Source: Dehalococcoidia bacterium (lineage in GTDB: Bacteria; Chloroflexota; Dehalococcoidia; Lucifugimonadales; UBA3495). From it: a DNA stretch of 64,000 bases. Shown in pieces: positions 8,340 to 16,065 of this stretch. Numbering within the stretch: the stretch's first letter is position 1; each line of letters starts with the position of its first letter. Both the position numbers and the translations under genes were made by a program. The notes under the pieces were generated by a model, which saw only the letters and a list, made by a program, of their open reading frames with translations, did no database searches and was not told the origin of the DNA. The stretch lies in NCBI GenBank assembly GCA_965232895.1, contig OZ247430.1, positions 387,388 through 451,387 of the forward strand. The letters run 5' to 3'.

Positions 8340-11300
8340 ATGGCCACCGCAAAAGAGCAGGAGACTTTTGGCCTCGTCATAGACCGTCACCACAGCGGCG
8401 ACACGGAGAACGACATCCGGTTAGCCTTCATCCGATTCATGGAAACGGCCGGCATCGCTGACCTGACGGACATGGCGACTGAGGGGCCGCCGGGAATCGG
8501 CAACCCCGGCCGGATGGATCTGTACGTACACAACACGTGCATTGAGTTCAAAACCGACATCCTGCGCAACGGCGCGCCGAACCCGGACGACGTTGACCAG
8601 TTGGACGGGTACATCGAAAGCCTGCTCAAGGCCGGCAGCGGAGTGCGAAACGGCATTCTCACCGACGGCGTCCACTACTTCCTGCGGCGGGTGGGTGAAG
8701 AGAAACTTCCGCTACAGCGCGGGGACACGCACCGCACCTTTGACCGGCCGGAACAGGCTCCCCGGCTGCGGGAATACTTGCACGGCATCATCTCGGCGCC
8801 GGCCGAAAGCGTCAGCCCCACGGCGGAGAACCTCGAAAGGCGCTTCGGCAGCGACTCCGACGCATTTCGCGCCGGCAACCTGCTCTTGCAGGAAGCTTAC
8901 GCAGCCCACCGCGACGACCCAACGGTGGCGGTGAAACGCCGGCTCTGGCAAGACCTGCTCCAGGTGGCCCTGGGCAAGGATGCCGCCACGGCCGGCGACG
9001 AAAGCGACTGGCTGTTCATCAGGCACACTTACATCACCAGCCTGGTCGCCCTCATCATGCAGCAGCAATTGCTGGGCGACGTCGCCCGCCACGCCGCCGA
9101 AAGGCCGGACGCGCTGCTCAAAGGACGCATCCTGGCCGAACAGTCCGACCTGCACGGCGTCATCGACGCCGACCTGTTCACCTGGCCCACGGAGGCGGGA
9201 GAAAGCGCCTATCTGCGGGAAATCGCCCGCGTCGTCGAGCAATTCGACTGGACGCAAAGCCCGCGGGAAGTGGCGCCCATCCTCTACCAGAACGTGATTA
9301 CGCCGGAAGAACGCAAGCGGCTGGGCGAATACTACACGCCCCGCTGGCTGGCCAAGGAAATCACCGAAGCCGTGGTTGACGACCCACTGAACCAGCGGAC
9401 GCTGGACCCGTCTTGCGGAAGCGGCACGTTCATCGAAACTGCGATTGAGCGGATTATCAGCCACGCCGGCGAACTGTCGGCTACGGCAACGCTGCGGAAG
9501 TTGCAGGAGAACGTGGTCGGCATCGACATTCACCCGGTGGCCGTCCAGCTGGCCAAGGCCACCTGGGTAATGGCGGCCGCCGGCGTCATCCGCGCCGCCC
9601 GCGCGGAGGGCATGGACTCGGACGCCGGCGCCGTGAGCGCGCCGATCTACCTGGGCGATTCCATGCAACTGCGCTACGACACCGGCACCCTCACCGCCAG
9701 CCAGTCCATCGAACTGGAAACCCGCGAAACCCTGCCGGGCCACGCCGGGCCGGTAACGTTCAGCATCCCCAAGGAACTGGCCCGCCAGCAGGCCGACGTT
9801 GACCGGCTCATCTCCGAAATGGCCGCCGCCATCGACGAAGGCCGCGACGCGGAGCGCGCCGCCGACGGCTACCCGATGGGCGACGAGTGCCGCCGGAGCA
9901 TGACAGCCGTCGCCGCCACGATGCGGGAGCTGCACGCCGCCGGCCGCAACCACGTGTGGGCCTACTACATCCGCAACATGATCCGCCCGGCGGTGATCGC
10001 CGAGGAGAAGGTTGACCGCATCATCGGCAACCCGCCGTGGCTGACCTACGGCCAGAGCGCGGACATCATCCGCGCAGAACTGCGCGGCATGAGCGAGCAA
10101 CGCTACCAGATCTGGGCCGGCGGAAAACTGGCCCCGCACCAGGACATCGCCACGCTGTTCTACACCCGCTGCGCCGAACTGTACGCGAAAGACGGGGCCG
10201 TCATCGGCATGGTGCTGCCCCACAGCGCGCTGCGTTCCGGGCAGCACCTGAAGTGGCGCGGCGGAACCTACCGGCGTAAGGGCGACCGCAACGCGCCCGG
10301 CGTCAACGTGAACTTCAAGGTTCAAGAACCGTGGGACCTGGACAACGTAGCGCCCGACTTCTTCCCCATGCCGGCCAGCGTCGTGTTCGCAGAGTACACG
10401 GCCGGCGAAACGGGCAAGCCATTGGCGCCGGGAACCGTGCAGGTCTGGCGGGGAAACTGGCAAGAGGACTACGCTGGCATCAGCCGCCGGAGCGAAGCGC
10501 TCCACCATGACGACGGCAAGTTCAAGTCGCCCTACGCCGATCTGTCCAGCCAGGGGCCGACCATTACTGACCGCCGGCTGTTCTTCGTCGAGACAATGCC
10601 GCACACGGCGATGATACCGGCGGCCAACACCACCAACATCCGGCCCCGGGCAAGCGGTCAGGACAAGATGAACTACGCAGGGCAACTGCACCTGCTGGAA
10701 GGCGTCATCAGCAACGACCACCTCTTTGACGTGTACCTGGGCGAGTGCGTCGCGCCTTTCGTCGCGCTGGACCCGCTAAAGGCAGTATTGCCCGTGCATC
10801 GCCCTACGATGACGATTCCTTTGCTGCCCGATGGCGGCGTTGACGCGGCAGCATTACATCCGACTATGCAACGTCGCTGGAACAACGCCGCCGCACTGTT
10901 CCGCGAGGCGCATCAAGGGCGGGGCATCACCGAATTGTTCGCAAATCTTAACCACCTCAACAAGCTGACCAACCAACTGGAATACTTGCGAAGGGTAACC
11001 ACTGGAGATGGAATGGTTCGGGTTGCTTACACGACCCAAGGGCAACCAACGGCAGCAATCGTCAGAGACAAGTACGCTGTGATAGACCACAAACTGTATC
11101 AGACGGAATGCCAATCGGAGGACGAAGCCCACTACGTGATAGCACTCCTAGACAGCAACGCCCTTACCAAAGCGGCGGAAATGTTCATGACAAAAGGTCT
11201 GTACGGCGCAAGGGACTTTCACAAGCACGGTTGGAAGTTGCCCATCCCGCGCTACGACGCCGGCGACGCGCTGCACGTTCGGCTCAGCGAACTGGGCGCA

Positions 11301-11513
11301 ACCGCCGAGCAGGAATGCCAGACCATAATCACCAAGAGCGACATCATGTCCCGGCCCGCCGGCGACGCTCAATCCCGCGCCGCCCGCCGCCTGCTGCGCC
11401 ACGAATGGCAGCCCAACAGCGAGACGGCGCAGGCCATTGAGGACGCCGTGGGGCAGCTGCTGAGAGAGCCGGAGCAGGCGGCGTTGGCGGCGCGGCAGAT
11501 GGGGGCGAAATAG
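8340..11513 (+). CDS. Type IIL/IIG (MmeI-like) fused restriction endonuclease / N6-adenine DNA methyltransferase
   Basis: N-terminal PD-(D/E)xK arrangement GRMDLYVHNTCIEFK (D-x8-E-x-K). Gamma-class MTase motifs EYYTPRWLA, LDPSCGSGTF (motif I) and IIGNPPWLTYGQ (motif IV). Long C-terminal region consistent with a target-recognition domain. Start taken at ATG 8340. Confidence 0.75.
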   Translation: MATAKEQETFGLVIDRHHSGDTENDIRLAFIRFMETAGIADLTDMATEGPPGIGNPGRMDLYVHNTCIEFKTDILRNGAPNPDDVDQLDGYIESLLKAGSGVRNGILTDGVHYFLRRVGEEKLPLQRGDTHRTFDRPEQAPRLREYLHGIISAPAESVSPTAENLERRFGSDSDAFRAGNLLLQEAYAAHRDDPTVAVKRRLWQDLLQVALGKDAATAGDESDWLFIRHTYITSLVALIMQQQLLGDVARHAAERPDALLKGRILAEQSDLHGVIDADLFTWPTEAGESAYLREIARVVEQFDWTQSPREVAPILYQNVITPEERKRLGEYYTPRWLAKEITEAVVDDPLNQRTLDPSCGSGTFIETAIERIISHAGELSATATLRKLQENVVGIDIHPVAVQLAKATWVMAAAGVIRAARAEGMDSDAGAVSAPIYLGDSMQLRYDTGTLTASQSIELETRETLPGHAGPVTFSIPKELARQQADVDRLISEMAAAIDEGRDAERAADGYPMGDECRRSMTAVAATMRELHAAGRNHVWAYYIRNMIRPAVIAEEKVDRIIGNPPWLTYGQSADIIRAELRGMSEQRYQIWAGGKLAPHQDIATLFYTRCAELYAKDGAVIGMVLPHSALRSGQHLKWRGGTYRRKGDRNAPGVNVNFKVQEPWDLDNVAPDFFPMPASVVFAEYTAGETGKPLAPGTVQVWRGNWQEDYAGISRRSEALHHDDGKFKSPYADLSSQGPTITDRRLFFVETMPHTAMIPAANTTNIRPRASGQDKMNYAGQLHLLEGVISNDHLFDVYLGECVAPFVALDPLKAVLPVHRPTMTIPLLPDGGVDAAALHPTMQRRWNNAAALFREAHQGRGITELFANLNHLNKLTNQLEYLRRVTTGDGMVRVAYTTQGQPTAAIVRDKYAVIDHKLYQTECQSEDEAHYVIALLDSNALTKAAEMFMTKGLYGARDFHKHGWKLPIPRYDAGDALHVRLSELGATAEQECQTIITKSDIMSRPAGDAQSRAARRLLRHEWQPNSETAQAIEDAVGQLLREPEQAALAARQMGAK

Positions 11514-11592
11514 GCTAATAGTTCTATGTACGCTGCGCCATTTGCTACCTACATTGTAGGTATGATCAGAACGCAACCCGCGGTCGTAACCT

Positions 11593-12502
11593 TTGGTGCT
11601 AGTTTGAGTTAGTTTTGAAAATGCCATGGGGTTCCCATATGCTGTGAGTTGACAATCCTCCACAGCAGGGAACCCCATGAACATCACCGATTTTATCACC
11701 GAACTCTACTGTAAGGTTGACGACGCCCTCCCGGGGATAGCGCCGCATCCGCAAGCCCGGCTCTCCATAAGCGAACTGGTTACCATCGGCGTCCTCCACG
11801 CCATCAAGAACGTCAAGCAGCGTCCCTTCTACCATTGGCTCAAGGATAACTATGGACACCTCTTCCCCAAACTTCCCGAACGCACCCGCCTCTTCCGCCG
11901 CCTGGAAGCCCAGGCCTGTTGGACCGGCTACTTCCTGGCCCAGCCCACCATCCTGGGCGTGGCCGACAGCTACGGCATCGAACTGGGACATCCGGTGCGT
12001 TCCGGACGGAACCTCCACCAGGTGGGCCGGAAAGGCAAGTCCAATCACCGCTGGATTGTGGGCGGCAAACTCTGCATCGTCCTCAACCAACTGGGCCAGA
12101 TCGCCGCTTGGGACTGCGCCACGGCCAATACTCACGACCAACGTTTCCTGCCTTTGCTGGCAGGCTACGACGGGCAGATGATTGTCCTGGCCGACACTGG
12201 GTTTCACCGGGCCAAGAGCCCGCCCCTGGCTTGAACAGGGGGCGATCCGGCCAACGTGAAAATCTGTCGCCGCGGCCAGTGGAACGTGCGCATGATCGTG
12301 GAAACCACCTTCTCCATGATGACTGCGGTGTGGGGCAGCAAACAGATGCGGCATATCACCTGGCGCGGGTTTGAAGCGCACTTGAGCTACCTGATGGCTG
12401 CCTTCAACCTACTGTCGCAGTGGGATGGGTTGGAACCGGACGAAAACGGACGCGTCCATCGCTCTATTGCTCAATTCGTCCTCTGATATTAACTAGCACC
12501 AA
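11593..12502 (+). mobile_element. IS982-family-like element with an inactivated transposase
   Basis: 12-bp terminal inverted repeats ttggtgctagtt (11593-11604) and aactagcaccaa (12491-12502) flank a transposase reading frame. No target duplication seen. Confidence 0.65.
11677..12486 (+). pseudogene. IS982-like DDE transposase interrupted by one in-frame TGA (12232-12234)
   Basis: ORFs 11677-12234 and 12256-12486 are in the same frame. N-terminus ITELYCKVDD, acidic motifs VLADTGF and IVETTFSMM. A single stop separates ...SPPLA from TGGDPANVKIC... Confidence 0.7.
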
Positions 12503-12540
12503 TGGTTCGTAAGCTTATCTTAACATTGGAGGTAACTTCT

Positions 12541-13257
12541 ATGACAAGTCGCAAAAATCGAAGAAGGGAAGTCTCTGAGAAATCTCTTGAGCTGAACGTT
12601 TGCGCGGAGCTCCTTCAGTTGATCCGATCCTGGCCACGTTGCCAAGGAGCACTTTGGTTTGGATTGACTCAAAGGCAAGAGCGCGAATATGGGATTGATG
12701 AGATGATCAGAAATGTTGGGCAGGGCTATGCGCTAATGTTGCAGTTCAAATCGCCGTGGGTAACTTCCCAAGTGGACGACCTTTACAAATTCAGCGTCAA
12801 CGAGCAACAGCACAAGGCACTGGAGGAACTCGCTTGCAAACACCCGAACGATGTGCTGTATATTTTTCCGTTGTACAGCACCTGGACTAAAGCACAAGGC
12901 CATGCGCCCGATTTGTGCCAAGACACTTGGGTTCTTCCCGTGTCATCCATCTCTACGGCTGAACTTAAGACAGAACATTCGTCAACGGGCCGGCACCGTG
13001 TCGAATTGGAACGCGTCCAAAATCAGGTGAATGTAACCTTCCATTCTCCCGAGGTCACGGGATCAGCCCAAAATGCCAAGGAGTTTTTTGGAGACACAGA
13101 CAGGGCAGAATCGTTTATAGCCGCTTCCGGTGGTGTACCGTCTGGCAGATTATTGGAATGGGTCAGAAAATGGGGGCTGGTGGATGGCGATGCCTCGTTA
13201 AAATGGCCCCGTTTCAGGGGACTAAACGCCGTGTACGTTCCAGTTACACAACCATAG
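12541..13257 (+). CDS. Hypothetical protein, AT-rich orphan with a PD-(D/E)xK-like D-x14-Q-x-K motif
   Basis: GGAGG lies 8 nt upstream of ATG 12541. 25/60 G+C in 12541-12600 by hand count, well below the GC-rich flanks. Motif GIDEMIRNVGQGYALMLQFKSP. No family recognised. Confidence 0.55.
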   Translation: MTSRKNRRREVSEKSLELNVCAELLQLIRSWPRCQGALWFGLTQRQEREYGIDEMIRNVGQGYALMLQFKSPWVTSQVDDLYKFSVNEQQHKALEELACKHPNDVLYIFPLYSTWTKAQGHAPDLCQDTWVLPVSSISTAELKTEHSSTGRHRVELERVQNQVNVTFHSPEVTGSAQNAKEFFGDTDRAESFIAASGGVPSGRLLEWVRKWGLVDGDASLKWPRFRGLNAVYVPVTQP

Positions 13258-13377
13258 CAACTACGCCGGCCATGAACCGCACGCCGCCGGCAGGGAGTGA
13301 GATAGCGGCCACTTCGTTGCAGACACGAATATCTGCGCTACCGGACTCCGACACTGCGGGCGCGGGCGGCGGGTTGA

Positions 13378-13488
13378 CAGCTACGCGCCCAAGCCATTGA
13401 GGCCGCCATTGACGGGCTCAGCCAAGGGCCAAACCTGTTCAAGGACTACGGCCTGAAGGTCGCGACCGGACAAAGACCGGGAGGATAG
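13378..13488 (+). pseudogene. Short remnant resembling the 3' tail of the RM gene
   Basis: Translates QLRAQAIEAAIDGLSQG..., compared with ETAQAIEDAVGQLL at the end of the 8340-11513 gene. aagccattgaggccgccatt vs aggccattgaggacgccgtg: 16 of 20 positions identical. Confidence 0.35.
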
Positions 13489-13490
13489 CC

Positions 13491-13715
13491 ATGAACCAAC
13501 TGCTGCAAGACGCCTTCAATCGGGCTGCTGATCTTCCTCCCGAAGAACAGGACCGTTTCGCCAGATTCTTGCTGGCAGAGCTTGAGGCTGACCAAAAATG
13601 GGACCAACTATTCGACCGGCCAGCATCGGATGAGTTGCTGAGCCGCCTCGCCATTGAAACTTTGGCCGACCACCGAGCCGGCGCCACTACTCCATTGGAC
13701 CCGGCCGATCTTTAG
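13491..13715 (+). CDS. Type II antitoxin (partner of the ParE/RelE-like toxin)
   Basis: 74-aa acidic protein that stops 2 nt before the toxin ATG. Classic small two-gene toxin-antitoxin layout. Confidence 0.6.
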   Translation: MNQLLQDAFNRAADLPPEEQDRFARFLLAELEADQKWDQLFDRPASDELLSRLAIETLADHRAGATTPLDPADL

Positions 13716-13717
13716 CC

Positions 13718-13987
13718 ATGCGTTCTTTCACGCGAGGCAGATTCTGGGAAGATTACCGGCGATTGCCCACACACATCCAACAGCAGGCGCGAAACGCCTA
13801 CGCCTTGTTTCAGACCAATCCTGATCACCCCAGCCTGAATTTCAAACGCGTCGGGCGCAGACATCCCGTTTACTCCGTGCGCGTCAGCGCCGGCTACCGC
13901 GCTCTCGGCGTGATGGAACAAAACGACATCATCTGGTTCTGGATCGGGTCACATCAAGAGTACGACCGGCTACTCCGACGCAGTTAG
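13718..13987 (+). CDS. ParE/RelE-superfamily type II toxin
   Basis: 89 aa. Pattern NPDHPSLNFKRVGRRHPVYSVRVSAGYRALGVMEQNDIIWFWIGSHQEYDRLL, typical of this toxin family. Confidence 0.7.
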   Translation: MRSFTRGRFWEDYRRLPTHIQQQARNAYALFQTNPDHPSLNFKRVGRRHPVYSVRVSAGYRALGVMEQNDIIWFWIGSHQEYDRLLRRS

Positions 13988-14183
13988 CCCGAGACAGCTC
14001 CAGATCAGTCCAATAATTGGATCTCGATGATCCGCACCCTGAAATTCACCCTGCGCCACAACCCGGCCAACATCGACTACGCAGTGGCGGTTTCATCGCC
14101 GGCCCGGGCTCCCACGCCATCCGCGCCATTGCCCAAGCAGGTTAGAGTTGCTAACCTGCACAAACAGTCTGAGGAGCGCCTAA

Positions 14184-14537
14184 GTGGCCACGCGGAAATA
14201 TCAACAGGCCAGCGAGCATCTTCTGGCGCAAGCCGGGCAAGAACTGGCCGCCGGCGATCTGCCACAGGCATCCGAGAAGGGCTGGGGCGCGGCCGCCCAG
14301 ATCCTCAAGGCCATCGCAGAGCAGCGCGGCTGGGAGCACAACCGTCACCGGCACTACCTCAGGATCACCAGCCGGCTCCGGGCCGAAACCGGCGACGGCG
14401 ACATCCGCCGTTTGTTCAACACAGCCAGCGCCCTACACGAGAACTTCTACGAAAATGAGATGATGGCAGAGGACGTAGCCGACGGCCTGGCCGACGTGAA
14501 AGCCCTGATCGACAAACTCCGGCCCCTGCTGGCCTGA
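14184..14537 (+). CDS. PaREP1-like (HEPN-related) protein
   Basis: GDLPQASEKGWGAAAQILKAIAEQRGWEHNRHRHY...ALHENFYEN matches the remembered PaREP1 pattern QASEK-WGA...RG...H...LH-NFYE. GTG start with GAGGAG 8 nt upstream. Confidence 0.6.
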   Translation: MATRKYQQASEHLLAQAGQELAAGDLPQASEKGWGAAAQILKAIAEQRGWEHNRHRHYLRITSRLRAETGDGDIRRLFNTASALHENFYENEMMAEDVADGLADVKALIDKLRPLLA

Positions 14538-14624
14538 ACGCAGTCCCTCCAAACCATTGCGGCGGCCACAGCACAGCTGCTGACAGATCCGCCGCAAGCC
14601 GCACCCGCACCGCAACAATGGGGA
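14538..14624 (+). pseudogene. Second remnant of an RM-gene 3' tail
   Basis: TQSLQTIAAATAQLLTDPPQAAPAPQQWG vs ETAQAIEDAVGQLLREPEQAALAARQMG. 40/61 ungapped nucleotide identities by hand against 11445-11505. Confidence 0.5.
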
Positions 14625-14929
14625 CCGGGCAGGCCGAAACCGCAAAATACCAATCGTCGTATTACGCTTGGGCCAGTTATGACGTCGCAAAGCTGGCAAA
14701 CGCCTTGACTGCCAGAGAGCCGGGCCGCGCCCTGACTGAAATCCGCTTCTATACCGGGCGCGTTCCCGATAAATCCAGCAGGCCGTCCTTGCATGGCTTC
14801 TGGTCAAACAAAATCCGGTACTTGCGAAACGGCGGGATTTACGTTTATCAGGGCAAGGTCAACGCCGGTGGTGAAAAAGGAGTTGACGTCAGTTTGGCTT
14901 TGGACGATAAAAGGAAAATCGCCAATTGA
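14618..14929 (+). pseudogene. NYN (LabA-like) domain fragment, truncated at both ends
   Basis: Contains the EKGVDVSLALD signature. It lacks the N-terminal beta-strand/Asp motif, and it ends abruptly after LALD. Confidence 0.5.
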
Positions 14930-15441
14930 TTCACCAAATCAACCACGTGTGGAAGTTGATCCCAGCCACGTCCGCCGGTCTGGCCATAGCAGCCATCGTC
15001 CGACTCAACCCGGCCAATATCGATCTCAAAAGTCCCGACTGGCGCTACACGGTCTCATTTGCCCAGGAACATGCCTTTGAGTACACTGTGCTTGCCACCG
15101 CCGTGATGGTGCTGGTCCACTGGTTCAGGGACGACATTCACGCCGGGGCCGCTGCCATCGGCAACGCCACCGCGAACGCGCTGGGCGTTCCGCCACTGTC
15201 GTACGCCTACGCGCTGCTCTTGGAGACGCTCAAAATGCTGCTGCAAAAAATCAAGCGCGACCTTTTCAACTCGATACGTTCTGAGGGCCACAAAGACGGC
15301 CGCAAAGACGGCCACCTCGAGGGCCGCGAAGCCGGAATCAAACACCTGCTCCGGCAGCAAAACCCTCAAGCCGACGAAGAGGAAATCCAGCGTCGCTACA
15401 AAGAAGCCATCGCCACCATGACGGATGACCCACGGACCTGA
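14926..15441 (+). CDS. Hypothetical membrane protein with a charged (E/D)G-repeat tail
   Basis: Hydrophobic segments (SAGLAIAAIV, TVLATAVMVLVHWF), then SEGHKDGRKDGHLEGREAGIKHLL. TTG start is uncertain. Same overall layout as 3458-3955. Confidence 0.4.
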   Translation: MIHQINHVWKLIPATSAGLAIAAIVRLNPANIDLKSPDWRYTVSFAQEHAFEYTVLATAVMVLVHWFRDDIHAGAAAIGNATANALGVPPLSYAYALLLETLKMLLQKIKRDLFNSIRSEGHKDGRKDGHLEGREAGIKHLLRQQNPQADEEEIQRRYKEAIATMTDDPRT

Positions 15442-15460
15442 TCAAATGAGGAGCAATGCA

Positions 15461-15817
15461 ATGGGAACCGTAGTGGTCACCATAGGTATCGGAGATCCGC
15501 AAGGGCGGAGGTTCGAGGACATCGATGTAATTGTGGACACCGGCTCAACCTTCACTGCGGTACCCGGAACCACGTTGCAGCGGCTGGGAGTGCCGGTGCA
15601 ACGCTCAGTACAGTCTGAACTGGCGGACGGAAGCAACGCGCCGGTGGACATCGGAAGAACCATGATAAGACTTGAAGGACAGGAATTTCCCACGCCGGTG
15701 ATCTTCGCCGAAGCGGGCGAGCCCACTTTGCTCGGCGTGGTCACGCTGGAAGAGGCACTGCTGACCGTAGATCCCGTGGCCGGACGCCTCATACCTACAA
15801 ACGTGCTGCGCCTTTAG
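15461..15817 (+). CDS. Retropepsin-like (clan AA) aspartyl protease
   Basis: 118 aa with the catalytic VDTGST motif. GAGGAG lies 7 nt upstream of ATG 15461. Confidence 0.7.
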   Translation: MGTVVVTIGIGDPQGRRFEDIDVIVDTGSTFTAVPGTTLQRLGVPVQRSVQSELADGSNAPVDIGRTMIRLEGQEFPTPVIFAEAGEPTLLGVVTLEEALLTVDPVAGRLIPTNVLRL

Positions 15818-16065
15818 TCCAGAAAGCCGGAAGCCAAGATGGTCATCACCCTCACGCGTGCCCGGTTTCGCCTGAACTGTCATGGGATTTACGCAGTTGA
15901 GCGTGGGGACACGGCGGCTACGGCGACGAGATTGCCGCGAGCGCTGGAGGCATTCGCGCAATGACGGTTTGAGGGAAAGTGGGCAGCGTGAGTCGCCGGC
16001 GCGAGTGCAAACCGGGCGACGTGCGTGCTAAACTTGGGCCAACTGCGCCCGCCGGAGGTAGAGGT

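Noticed and set aside
8712-10721. 669-aa ORF antisense to the RM gene
   Set aside because: It has a Gly/Arg/Ala/Val/Pro-rich composition and no motifs, typical of mirror-frame ORFs in GC-rich DNA. The sense frame carries a full set of nuclease and methyltransferase motifs.
12232-12234. In-frame TGA in the IS982-like transposase as selenocysteine or programmed readthrough
   Set aside because: No SECIS-like hairpin is evident immediately downstream, and transposases are not known selenoproteins. A nonsense mutation is the simpler explanation.
14027-14458. 143-aa ORF overlapping the PaREP1-like gene
   Set aside because: Arg/Pro/Ala-rich out-of-frame overlap. The 14184-14537 frame carries the family motifs and an SD.
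15818-16065. Possible T-box or other leader RNA in the 248-nt region upstream of cysS
   Set aside because: A hairpin loop contains GAGUGCAAAC, with the UGC Cys codon followed by A. However, the candidate T-box region (AAACUUGGGCCAACUGCGCC) does not match the conserved AAnnnGGGUGGnACCGCG, and no Stem I elements were found. The 41-codon ORF in the region has only one Cys. The leader remains unexplained and would need cmscan (RF00230).
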